NCBI GenBank assembly: GCA_038534515.1
Contig: JBCAWO010000033.1
Coordinates: forward strand, 8,613 to 56,612
Length of the DNA stretch: 48,000 nt
Direction: 5' to 3'
Source of the DNA: Cyanobacteria bacterium J06554_1
GTDB taxonomy: Bacteria > Cyanobacteriota > Cyanobacteriia > Phormidesmidales > Phormidesmidaceae
Below the pieces are notes generated by a model. That model was not told where the DNA came from and did no database searches. It saw only the letters and a program-made list of their open reading frames with translations. A program made the translations under genes and the position numbers. Below are positions 25,704 to 35,700 of this stretch, piece by piece (within the stretch, counting starts at the first letter, position 1; each line of letters begins with the position of its first letter).

Positions 25704-27650
25704 TTAAGCCTCCGCTGTGGGTTGACCGGTGAGCTGCCCAATAAAATCATCTAGCTCGGTTTGGTTAAAATCAGCATCGGGAAAATCAGACGGGGTAAAG
25801 CCACCGCTGGTATCGGTACAGTGGGCGATGAGAGATTTTAACTGGCTGAGGTATTGGTGGGCCAAAGACTGTAGGGTGTCGCTGCGGTGAATCTGTGGGT
25901 CGTAGCGCCAGGTGACCTGTAGCTGTCCATGGGCAACCCAAGCGTTGATTTCCAACAGGTAGCTCCGCTGGTTGTGGGGATCTCTCAGCGTACCCACGTC
26001 AATGTTTTGGAGCACCTGCAGATTGGTGGGGACCTGCTGCCCCAAATAGTTAAACAACACCTCCGATGGTGGGGCCTGGGCCAGACGCTGTTGGGTGGTG
26101 CCATCGTCCAAATAGCGCAAAATGCCATGGCCAATGCCCCGATCGGGTACCTGACGCAGCTGCTCTTTGACTGACTTTAGGGTTTCTACGGTGTCACTAA
26201 CCTGACCGTGCAGGCTGACCGGATAGGTTGTAGTAAACCAACCCACCGTCCGCGACACATCTATGCCAGGGGCAATCGGCTCTCGACCATGGGCTTCTAT
26301 CTCTATGCGGACATTGCCCGTTTCTGCCCCTACCCAATGGAGCAATGTCTGGGTCAGGGCCGTGAGCAGGGCATCGTTAATTTGGGTGTTGTAACTGGCT
26401 GGAACCGTTTGCAATAGTGTTTGGGTGTCTGGTTGGCTCAGGGCAACGGTGACCGTCTGGGCGGTGCCTTCTGTGGGGGGTGGCCCATCTAAGAAATCAC
26501 GGGGTAACTGCACGACAGATTGTTCCACCTGGCCAAACCAAAAGGGGGCTTCGGATTGTCGGGCTGTGACCTGAGCTGTGAGGGTTTCAGCCCAAGCTTT
26601 AAAGGAGGTTGTTTTGGCAGGAGGCTGGGCCGCCCCACCCAACAGAACTGATAGGTCGTCGAGAAGAATTTGCCAGGAGACGGCGTCTACTGCCAAATGG
26701 TGCAGACTCAGCAACAGCCAGTCTTGAGCTGCCCCACGGGTGAAAAGGGCCGTTCGCATCAGTCCGCCGCTGACGAGATTTAGATCGTTGTGCAGGTGAG
26801 TGCCATGGTGGGCGACGGCTTTGAGCTGGTCAGATTCGCCTAGATGGGTGAGGTCTATGGACGTCAGCGCAGGTGGACTGTCGGTATTGGCTATGTGTTG
26901 ATGGTCGTCGAAGCGCAGCCTGAGGGCATCGTGATGGGTCCAGAGCGTTGCGATCGCACCCTCCACATCACCCTTGCTCACCCCCTGAGGCAGCTCCACC
27001 AGCATTGCCTGATGCCAGTGCTGCGGTGCCGCCAAATCTTGCTCAAAGAACCAGGTTTGGATTGGCGTCAGCGGCACCTTTCCCGTCACCAGCTCCTGGG
27101 TGGCTACCACCTCAGGGGCCACATTGACCACAGCGGCCAGTTCCGCCACCGTCGGCTGCTCAAATAGCTGGTTGGGCGCTAGCCGTAACCCCGCCTCCCG
27201 AGCCCGAGACACAATTTGAATACTGAGGATTGAATCTCCCCCCAGCTCAAAAAAGTTGTCATCAATGCCAACAGTCCCTAGCCCCAGCACATCTTTCCAG
27301 ATCTGGACTAACGTCTCTTCTGTCGGAGTCCGGGGGGTAGCCGCATTGGGCATAGCTGCCACCGGCTGCGGTTCAGGCAGGGCATTAGTATCAACCTTGC
27401 CATTGGCGGTTCGTGGCATCTGGGTCAGGGAGACAATCGCTGTGGGCACCATGTAGTTGGGTAGCTTAGCCTTTAGGGCATTCCGCAAGACAACCGCATC
27501 GATCTCTGCCGAACGCCCCACCACATAGGCCACCAGCCGTTGGGAAGACCGATCCGATACCTCCAGCTGCTCTAACTGCTGAGCGAGCGTTTTTCGCTGA
27601 CTGGGTGAGAGGGCCGCCACCCGTTGATGTAGTTCCTGATTTATGGTCAT
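25704..27650 (-). CDS. NRPS fragment A(sub, a9-a10)-T-E
   Basis: The N-terminus (RLVAYVV...LPNYMVPTAIVSL...TANGKVD) corresponds to A-domain motifs a9/a10. It is followed by a T domain (DDNFFELGGDSILS). The epimerase motifs PLTPIQTWFFE, HHLAVDAVSW and EAHGRE are all present. Confidence 0.9.
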   Translation of the reverse strand: MTINQELHQRVAALSPSQRKTLAQQLEQLEVSDRSSQRLVAYVVGRSAEIDAVVLRNALKAKLPNYMVPTAIVSLTQMPRTANGKVDTNALPEPQPVAAMPNAATPRTPTEETLVQIWKDVLGLGTVGIDDNFFELGGDSILSIQIVSRAREAGLRLAPNQLFEQPTVAELAAVVNVAPEVVATQELVTGKVPLTPIQTWFFEQDLAAPQHWHQAMLVELPQGVSKGDVEGAIATLWTHHDALRLRFDDHQHIANTDSPPALTSIDLTHLGESDQLKAVAHHGTHLHNDLNLVSGGLMRTALFTRGAAQDWLLLSLHHLAVDAVSWQILLDDLSVLLGGAAQPPAKTTSFKAWAETLTAQVTARQSEAPFWFGQVEQSVVQLPRDFLDGPPPTEGTAQTVTVALSQPDTQTLLQTVPASYNTQINDALLTALTQTLLHWVGAETGNVRIEIEAHGREPIAPGIDVSRTVGWFTTTYPVSLHGQVSDTVETLKSVKEQLRQVPDRGIGHGILRYLDDGTTQQRLAQAPPSEVLFNYLGQQVPTNLQVLQNIDVGTLRDPHNQRSYLLEINAWVAHGQLQVTWRYDPQIHRSDTLQSLAHQYLSQLKSLIAHCTDTSGGFTPSDFPDADFNQTELDDFIGQLTGQPTAEA

Positions 27651-27729
27651 GGCTCAGTGGTGTCTGCTGGTCTGAGGGGCTTGTCTATGGGGCTATCAAG
27701 AGAACGCAAAAGAAAATAATCCACAGCCA

Positions 27730-29085
27730 TCATGGTGGACCGACCTCCATCAAATGCCCTGGCTGTTCCCTTAATAAATCTTCCACCAGGTTAACCGCGC
27801 GATTCTTGTGGGTATACGTCACAAAACAGTGACGCATACGCTCCAGGTTTGTTCGATAGCTTCCATCCGTTAGCAATGTGCGAACATGTCCACACACCTG
27901 TGCCGCATCGGTTTGTTTTTGATCGTCTACAATCCCTAGCCCATGGTACGTTACCCGCGCCGCATTGCCATGTTGGTCGGCGCAGCCCAGGGAGTACACC
28001 ACCATCGGCACACCGCAGCTAATACACTCATTAATACTGTTAATGCCGCTGTTGATAATGGCACAGTCAGCCTGCTTAAGCACCTCTAGCTGAGGAGCCC
28101 AGCCAAAGGCATAAACATTTGTCGGGACATTGTCCAATTCAGCTGCCCCCAGACTGCCCCCTAGTCCCAGGACCCAATCCCACTCGGGAGAAGAGGATGC
28201 TGCTGCGATAATCTGTTGCAGAAACTGTTTGTCTGCTTTTGCCAGACTACTCAAACCACAGTAAATCAGAGGGCGTTTGCTACTGGGACGGCGCTCAAAA
28301 ATCTGTTTTAAAGATGGCTCTGTGATTGCAGATGTCTGGGGATGTTCAAACACCATCGGCCCCACATAGCGCATAGACGAGTGGGGCTGGTGGGGAAAGT
28401 CCAGCTCTAATGCGTTCATACAAAGAATCGGTAAAGTCTCACCCGGGTAGGGCACCAGCCACTGTCTAAACCCAAAGCGCAGCCGTAGGGGGAGGCCGAT
28501 CTGTCGGGCATAGCAGCCCAGTACAGAAATCCAATCGAGACCCACTCGCCGCCACCGTTCCTGTTGAAACTCTTTCCATTTTGTCAGGCCATAGCAGAGC
28601 CAGCTCCATTCAATCCCCAGGCGGGAACCTGGCCAGCCTTGCCCTGGAATCGTTTTGGTGTGAATCGGAGGTAGATTGGGGCGCTTCCAAACCGATAAAA
28701 ACGGACATAGCAACGCCACCGGCAGCTGTTCCACGACGGCTGCCATAATGTGTGGATGCATTTCAATATCTAGAAGCAACAGATCGGGAGCCAGCCCTTG
28801 CACGGTATCTATAAAGTGCTGTATCCCCAGGGCATCCACCGCCCGCTGTTGCCGCTGTTGTTGTAAACGCACCTTGGCCCATCGCCCCATGGGTGGTTCC
28901 CCCAGCTGCATCACCCAGCGCTCCAGCTGCACATAGGGAATTCCCTGGGCTGTTACCGGTTTACTCAGATCGGCCGGGCTAGCATAGGTAACCCGATGCC
29001 CAGCCCGGTGTAGCTGCTGTATTAGGGCCAAACTGGCGTTGAGAATCCCCGTTAGTCCTCCGGTGATGCAGACAATGTGGGCCAT
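27730..29085 (-). CDS. GT1-family (UDP-glycosyltransferase / MGT-like) glycosyltransferase
   Basis: The canonical GT1 N-terminus is HIVCITGGLTGILNASLALIQQLHRAGHRVTY. A UDPGT-signature-like stretch (GWAPQLEVLKQADCAIINSGINSINECISCGVPMVV...DQHGNA) is present. Its own GGGAGGGG Shine-Dalgarno sequence lies upstream, and its ATG is 1 nt after the upstream TAG. Confidence 0.85.
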   Translation of the reverse strand: MAHIVCITGGLTGILNASLALIQQLHRAGHRVTYASPADLSKPVTAQGIPYVQLERWVMQLGEPPMGRWAKVRLQQQRQQRAVDALGIQHFIDTVQGLAPDLLLLDIEMHPHIMAAVVEQLPVALLCPFLSVWKRPNLPPIHTKTIPGQGWPGSRLGIEWSWLCYGLTKWKEFQQERWRRVGLDWISVLGCYARQIGLPLRLRFGFRQWLVPYPGETLPILCMNALELDFPHQPHSSMRYVGPMVFEHPQTSAITEPSLKQIFERRPSSKRPLIYCGLSSLAKADKQFLQQIIAAASSSPEWDWVLGLGGSLGAAELDNVPTNVYAFGWAPQLEVLKQADCAIINSGINSINECISCGVPMVVYSLGCADQHGNAARVTYHGLGIVDDQKQTDAAQVCGHVRTLLTDGSYRTNLERMRHCFVTYTHKNRAVNLVEDLLREQPGHLMEVGPP

Positions 29086-29086
29086 G

Positions 29087-31864
29087 CTATTCCCCTCCCT
29101 CGGCAGCGGCCAGTAGGGTCTCTGCCTGCTCCGGTGTTAGGGTGGCCAGTCTCTCCACTATGGTTTCTAGGCTGTCTGTTGTGGACCGAGCGACAACGAC
29201 GGCTTCTTGGATGGTGGGTTGCGATCGCAACACATCCTCAATCTCCCCTAGCTCAATCCGATAGCCCCGAATCTTCACCTGCCGGTCACAGCGCCCCAAC
29301 CATTCCAGGGTGCCATTGGCCCGATATCGAGCCAGGTCACCGGTTTTATAGAGCGGAGTCGATGGTAGATAGCCATGCCCGTCGGTAATAAACGCCGCCG
29401 CCGTGCGTTCTGGCTGATTTAGATAGCCCTGGGTGACCCCGTCACCCCCGATGTAAAGCTCTCCGATCGCCCCGGTGGGAACGGGCTGTAGCTCGTCATT
29501 TAATAGATAAATCTGAGTATTGGGAATGGCGGTACCAATGGCAACCGGCCCGGAGGGAAGCTCTGCTGGAACCCGGTAGGCCGTACACCACACCGTGGCC
29601 TCGGTGGGGCCATACTCGTTATACAAATCCGTGGCGGGCAGCTTGCCATAGTGACGTTGCACCAGCGCCCGCGGACAGGCCTCACCCGCCACCACCACCG
29701 TCCGCAGCTTAGCTAGCTGTCGCGGATCGGCAGCGTCTAGCAGCAACGCATACAGCGTGGGTACACACAGGGTATGGGTGATTTGCTGCTGTGCCATCAG
29801 AGTGGCCAGCTGCTGTAAATCCTGTTCAATTCGCTCCGGCGGCAGCACCAGCGTCCCCCCCTGGCAGAGCGTCCAAAAGATGCCGGCCACCGAGCTATCA
29901 AACGCAATGGATGAGAGCAGTAGAAACCGCCCAACGGGCTCTGGGTAAACATGGGAGCGTGCCGTCGTAGAATGCACCAAATTACGATGGCTAACCATCA
30001 CCCCCTTTGGTCGTCCCGTAGAGCCAGAGGTATAGATAATGTAGGCTAAATCATCTCCGCTAGGCCCCTGGGGTGATCGATCGTAGGGGCTGCTGGTCTC
30101 ACTCTCTCCAAAATGAGATGCGTCAACGCTCACCCCGTCCAAGTAAACAACCGGGACCTCCGTATCCGGTAGCCCTATCCCTGGTTGCGTCAGCAACAAC
30201 CGTGGTTTCGTATCCTGCAAACAGTATTCAATCCGCTCTGCTGGATATGATGGGTCCAGGGGCACATAGGCTCCACCTGCCTTTAACACGGCTAGAATGC
30301 TAACAATTCTCGCTAAGGACGGATGTAGACACAGGGCAACCCGTTCACCAGGTCCCACCCCCTGGGTCCGTAGCCAGCTAGCCAGCTGATCGGCTCGCGA
30401 ATTTAGCTCACCATAGGTCAGGGTTTGGCCTTCAAAAACAACAGCTAATCCATCGGGTGTCCGCTTCACCTGAGCCTCAATCAGCTGATGAATGGTGAGA
30501 TTTTTGGGATAGTCAATGGTCTTGCTGACGGTCTGCTGCTCGGTCGCGGTGAGGCGCGGTATCTGGGCCAGGGTTGCCTGGGGCTGGTCAATAAACGCAG
30601 TCAGCAACAGCTCCAGGTGTTCGTGCAGACGGGCGATGGCCTCCGCCTCAAACCGGGCCGGGTCGAACAGCAACAACAGGTCTAACGATTTTCCGGGTAC
30701 CACTAGCAGGGCCAGGGGATAGTTGCTTTGCTCCAAATAGCGAATGTCTTGAATTTCAAACCCCAGGTCAAGACTGGCCGCCGTTGGATAATTTTCAAAG
30801 ACAACAATGCTGTCGAATAACGAACTGCCCACGGGCATAGGGCTCCAGCGCTGAATGTCGCTCAGCGGTGTGGTCTCGTACTGCCGCAGCTCCAGAAGCT
30901 GCTGCTGTCGTGCCTGTAGCCAGGAGAGTAACGATTGTTCTGGTTCAACGGGCACCCGCACCGGCAGCGTATTGATAAATAGACCCACCATGGTTTCCAC
31001 ACCACTGAGGTCCGTTGGTCGGCCTGAAACCACGGACCCGTAGGTGACGTCCGTTTGCTGGCTGTAGTGGCTAAGCAGCAACGCCCAGGCTCCCTGGATT
31101 AGGGTGTTTAGGGTGAGCCAATGCTGACGGGCAAAGGCTTGCAAAGATCCATATAGACCCGGTGCCAAGGCGCGACTCTGTTGGCGATAGGGCTGGGGGG
31201 AGAGATCGCTGGTGGTGCGGGCGGCGGGCAGCGGGGTGGGGTGTGTGAGCCCCTGGAGCTGGGAGCGCCAAAATGTTTCGGCTTTGGCAGTATCCTGATT
31301 TTTTAACCAGGCAATATAGTCTCGATAGGGCCGTAGGGGAGGGAGCGCTGGTGCTGTCTGACGACAGTTGGCCTGATAACAGGTCAAGACTTCCTGCCAG
31401 ATAATGGGAATGGACCAGCCGTCGGCCAGGACATGGTGAAAACTCCAGATAAATTGGTGGGTATTGTCCTGTAGCTGGATGAGCTTAAAGCGAGAGATGG
31501 GGGCCTGGAGTAGGTCGAAGCCCTGGATGCGATCGCAACTCAAAAACTCAGTCAGTTTTTTCTCTTGTTCAACTAGAGGATAGTCTCGCCAGTCCTCCCG
31601 ATCCCAGACCGCATCCACCTGCTGACGCACCACCTGAAGCGGTTCATCTAAGCCTTCCCAGAGAAACGCCGTTCTAAGCACAGGCTGTCGGTCAATGACC
31701 TGCTGCCAGGCTGCTTGAAATTCAGGAATCTGTAAATTACCCCGGAGCTTGCAGCTATATTGCTCAATGTACACCCCCGATCCAGGCGCGCTCAAAGCAT
31801 GGAACAGCATTCCCTGCTGCACCGGAGAAAGAGGGTAAATGTCGGCTACGTTGTCTAGCTGCAT
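29087..31864 (-). CDS. NRPS fragment: DCL-type C domain plus A domain through motif a8, with a9-a10 missing
   Basis: YPLSPVQQGMLFH and HHVLADGWS mark the C domain. A motifs present are LAYIIYTSGSTGRPKGV, FDSSV, NEYGPTE, GELYIGGDGVTQGY, YKTGDLARY and GRCDRQVKIRGYRIELGEIE. The protein ends 49 aa after a8. The ATG at 31864 has a GGGAGG Shine-Dalgarno sequence, whereas the tracked ORF starts at GTG 31876. Confidence 0.9.
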   Translation of the reverse strand: MQLDNVADIYPLSPVQQGMLFHALSAPGSGVYIEQYSCKLRGNLQIPEFQAAWQQVIDRQPVLRTAFLWEGLDEPLQVVRQQVDAVWDREDWRDYPLVEQEKKLTEFLSCDRIQGFDLLQAPISRFKLIQLQDNTHQFIWSFHHVLADGWSIPIIWQEVLTCYQANCRQTAPALPPLRPYRDYIAWLKNQDTAKAETFWRSQLQGLTHPTPLPAARTTSDLSPQPYRQQSRALAPGLYGSLQAFARQHWLTLNTLIQGAWALLLSHYSQQTDVTYGSVVSGRPTDLSGVETMVGLFINTLPVRVPVEPEQSLLSWLQARQQQLLELRQYETTPLSDIQRWSPMPVGSSLFDSIVVFENYPTAASLDLGFEIQDIRYLEQSNYPLALLVVPGKSLDLLLLFDPARFEAEAIARLHEHLELLLTAFIDQPQATLAQIPRLTATEQQTVSKTIDYPKNLTIHQLIEAQVKRTPDGLAVVFEGQTLTYGELNSRADQLASWLRTQGVGPGERVALCLHPSLARIVSILAVLKAGGAYVPLDPSYPAERIEYCLQDTKPRLLLTQPGIGLPDTEVPVVYLDGVSVDASHFGESETSSPYDRSPQGPSGDDLAYIIYTSGSTGRPKGVMVSHRNLVHSTTARSHVYPEPVGRFLLLSSIAFDSSVAGIFWTLCQGGTLVLPPERIEQDLQQLATLMAQQQITHTLCVPTLYALLLDAADPRQLAKLRTVVVAGEACPRALVQRHYGKLPATDLYNEYGPTEATVWCTAYRVPAELPSGPVAIGTAIPNTQIYLLNDELQPVPTGAIGELYIGGDGVTQGYLNQPERTAAAFITDGHGYLPSTPLYKTGDLARYRANGTLEWLGRCDRQVKIRGYRIELGEIEDVLRSQPTIQEAVVVARSTTDSLETIVERLATLTPEQAETLLAAAEGGE

Positions 31865-32700
31865 GGTGCCTCCCACTCTGACAGAATGCAGAAATCAAAC
31901 AGGCCGTTGACGGACTTTTGTTGGTCTAAAATTTTTAGACCCGCTGTTTCAACTTCTGCCTCGAGTTCTCCAGGCACAAAAAAGTGGTGAAAGATCCCCA
32001 CATAAAACCGATCGCCAAACCGGGGCCGCCAGTCACTGCCAGACAGTTTTGCCGCCGTTACCGAGAGCCAGTGCCGTGCCTTTTCCCACAGGCGATCTGG
32101 CTTTACCAGTTGCACATAGGACATCACAATCACTCCGCCTGGAGCGAGCATGGTGGCGCAATGCTCCAACAGCAAAATCCGGTCCGCCGGGTCTGGAAAC
32201 GTGTCGTACATCCAGGGCGACAGATAAACAACATCGTAGAGAGTTTCAGGGGTGTAGTCAAAAAAATTGGCCAGTTCAAAACGGGCTTTAAAGCCCGCGT
32301 CGCGGGCATGGGCAATGGCTCCGTCAATCATGGAGCGGTTGTCGTCAATACCAGTGACATCAAATCCTCGCTCTGCAAAAAACTTTGCCTCTCGCCCCTG
32401 ACCACAGAAGGCGCTCAGCAGTTTGCCGCTGCTGTGGTGCTGGCTCAAATAGGGTAGAATTTTCTCTTCGCAATCTAGCTGATAGTGGCTGGGATCATAG
32501 GTGGCAGAATGGGATTCGTAGACCTTACCCATGTAGTCATTGAGTGCCGTTTTGCCCAGGACACCCACCGCCAGCGCCTGCCCCACCTGCTGCCACCGGC
32601 CGGCCGTTTGACCCATGAGAACAGTCTGAGCCAGGCTAACCCGCCAGGAGGTTTTAGGTATTGGAGACATTGTTGGGTTAACTTGCTCATTGACGACCAT
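31855..32700 (-). CDS. class I SAM-dependent methyltransferase
   Basis: Motif I-like LLSAFCGQGREAKFFAERGFDVTGIDDN is present. Post-I/II regions follow (YDVVYLSPW, LAPGGVIVMSY). Its 3' end overlaps the next NRPS start. Confidence 0.75.
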   Translation of the reverse strand: MVVNEQVNPTMSPIPKTSWRVSLAQTVLMGQTAGRWQQVGQALAVGVLGKTALNDYMGKVYESHSATYDPSHYQLDCEEKILPYLSQHHSSGKLLSAFCGQGREAKFFAERGFDVTGIDDNRSMIDGAIAHARDAGFKARFELANFFDYTPETLYDVVYLSPWMYDTFPDPADRILLLEHCATMLAPGGVIVMSYVQLVKPDRLWEKARHWLSVTAAKLSGSDWRPRFGDRFYVGIFHHFFVPGELEAEVETAGLKILDQQKSVNGLFDFCILSEWEAPCS

Positions 32701-32760
32701 GGTAGAGAGTCCTTTTGTATAGTTTGGGGCTTCGGTGTTAAGGCTTAGTGCTCATAACCC

Positions 32761-35700
32761 TCATCCGCCGCTGTCTGATTGGCTGCCTGACCTATTTAAC
32801 AGGGCCGCGATTTTGCCAAGCTTTTGACGGTCAAGATTGGCCAGGGGAAAGTCTACTGGGGTTATGGTGGTGTCCTGTTTTGATTCGGGAGACAGGTAGT
32901 GGGTGATTTGCGATCGCACCCCCCGCATCATACCCTCGGCCCAACCCTGGATCGTTTCCCGCCGGTGCCGCTGGCCATAGGTCCACTCCACCTGGAGCTG
33001 CCCCCTGACAACGGCCGCATTCACCTCCAACAAATATCGCCGCTGTCCTTGAGGACTGCGCGATAGCTCTAGCCCACGGGCCAGCTGGAACATAGACCCC
33101 GGTGGCACTAGTCCGGCTAAATCCCCCAAATAGTTAAAGAGAATGTCTGGCTGAGGTTGAGCCTCTAACTGCGCTTTTACCTCAGGGTCACCCCCCAGGT
33201 AGCGTAACAATCCATAACCGATGCCATTTCTAGGAACCTGTCGCACCTGCTCCTTTACAGACCGTAGCTGTTCTCCTGCATCTGTTTGAGGCAGCGTTAG
33301 CAGCAATGGAAACACCGTTGTAAACCAGCCCACGGTCCGCACCAAATTTGCTCCAGGGACAATCGCTTCTTCTCGTCCATGGCCTTCCAAATCTAGCAGT
33401 AGCTGGTTGGTTTGATTGCAAAGCGACCGGGCCAGGGCCGTCAACAGAATTTCGTTGACTCGGGCCCGGGCGACCTTTGGCAGCTCCCTCAGGAGTCTAT
33501 GGGTTTGCTCAACAGTTAAGCAGGTGGTGAGTGTGTGTGCAGATGCAACCCGATTGTCAGCGCTGATCCGAGCATTGTCTTTTGGTAGAGGGGGAACTGC
33601 GCCCTTGGCAGTGCCTAGCCAGTAGGCTAGCTCCGACTGAAACGCCCCTGATGAAACGGTTTTGCCTAGCTCTGTTGACCAGGTTTGGAACGACATCGTC
33701 GGCAAGGCCCGAGCGACTTTTTCTCCCTGGGTCTGGCGGTAGGCGGTTTCCAAATCATTTAACAGCATCAGCCAGGAAACTCCATCCACCGCTAAATGGT
33801 GAATGATTAGCAGCAGCCGATTGGGGCGATTGTCTCCCAGGTTAAATAATGCCGCCTGTACCAGCTTTCCGGTGGTCAGGTCGAGACTGGTTTGCAGGTC
33901 TGCCTCGGTGGCCGCCATGGCCCGATCTTGGCTAACCACCGACCGATGGGAGAGATCGACATAGTTAAGCAAACGACCGGGTATCCCTTGGCGCTGCTGC
34001 CAGCCCGACTCTCCTAAGATAAACTGGCAGCTCAAAATATTATGGCGCTGCACCAAATGCTGTAGTGCCGTTTCTAGGGCTGATGGGTCTAAAGCCTGGG
34101 CTACATCCAGCAGCAGACTTTGATTCCAATGGTGAGGCTCGGTTAGGTTTTGTTCAAAAAAGCTTTGCTGAATCGGAGTGAGCGGTACCTGGTCAGTGGT
34201 GTGTACCTGGTCGGCCCCCAATAGTTGGGTTGATTTTATCTGGGCCAAGACCCCGGCCACCGTCAAGTGCTGTAGAATTTGCTGCGGCGATAGGGGAAGG
34301 CCTGCCTCCGTCGCCTGGGCTGCAATCTGGATCGCCGTAATCGAGTCGCCACCTAGATCAAAGAAGTTGTCGTAAATACCCACCGACTCTATGCGTAAAC
34401 ACTGGGCCCAGATAGCTGCCAGATGGGTCTCCCATTCATTCCCTGGAGCCACATAATCCCTATCTGTCCCTAGCCGCTGTCGCTGGGTATAGTCCGGTGA
34501 CGACAGTAGTGGGCGATCTACTTTGCCATTGGGGGTTAGGGGCAAATAATCTAGCAGTATAAAAGCTGTCGGTACCATGTAGTCCGGTAGCGTTTGCTGT
34601 AGGGCATCTCGGATTTCTCCATGGGTCAGGGAGGACTCTGACGTTACCACATAGGCCAAGAGAGACTGACGCCCCTGATTAGTTTTTTCAGCAATAACAA
34701 CGCCCTGTTGAATGGAAGGATGCTGATTTAAAGCGGCTTCCACCTCCCTTAGCTCAACCCGAAACCCTCGGATTTTGACCTGATGATCTAGCCGGCCCAG
34801 AAACTCCAGGTTGCCGTCTGGTAGATAGCGGGCCTGATCGCCGGTCTTATATAGCTTTCCAGCCCCAAAGGGATTCTCGATAAACCGTTCCGCCATCAGC
34901 TCAGGACGATTGAGATAGCCTCGACTTAGCCCTGCCCCCCCAATAACAATCTCTCCTTTAATACCCATGGGCACCTGCTGCCCCTGATCATTGACAACAT
35001 ACACCTCGTAACCGGGGACAGCCTTGCCAATGGGGACAATCCCTTGGGGATCGGTAACGGTGTTAAACGCATAGAACGTGGCACAGACGGTGGTTTCTGT
35101 GGGTCCATAGCCATTGACGATGCGTAACTGAGGTATGCGTTGGCGATAGCGCTGTAAAAGTTTCTGTTGAATGGGCTCCACGCCCACTAGAATGCGATTT
35201 AGAACAATCTTATGATCAGATCTTTCTAGCTCCTGAACGACCATGGATAGCAGTGCTGGTGGAATATAGGCGCTGGTAATGTCATGGGTGATCAGGTACT
35301 GAGCAAATTGGTTATGGCTAGCCACGGTCTCTGGCGGTACGAGGTATACCGTGCCACCAAAACATAAATTTGAGAAAATCTCCCAAACCGACACATCAAA
35401 CCCATAGGAGCACAGCGCTGTTCCCCGCAGCTGCTCTCCTGCTGGGGCGGTCTGTTCAAATCCATTCACCATGGCGAGAACATTACGGTGCTCCACCATC
35501 ACTCCTTTGGGTTGGCCCGTAGAACCCGAGGTAAAGAGAATATAGGCCAAGTCCTGAGCAGTTAGCTCCACCGCAGGAGCCCCTGTGGGTTCCTGGGCGA
35601 TGGCGTCCCCATGGGGCTCGAGACAGATTATTCGGTCTTTTAGTTGGCCGACGGGACATGTTGCCATCAACGCCTGCTGCGTTAACAGAATAGCTACATT

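Noticed and set aside
27650-29089. The possibility that the split A domain is only a frameshift or sequencing error in a single C-A-T-E gene.
   Set aside because: The two halves are separated by 1.4 kb, not by an indel. That interval holds a complete GT1 gene with its own Shine-Dalgarno sequence, start and stop, plus a further 79-nt spacer. Misassembly still needs to be excluded with reads, as noted in the finding.
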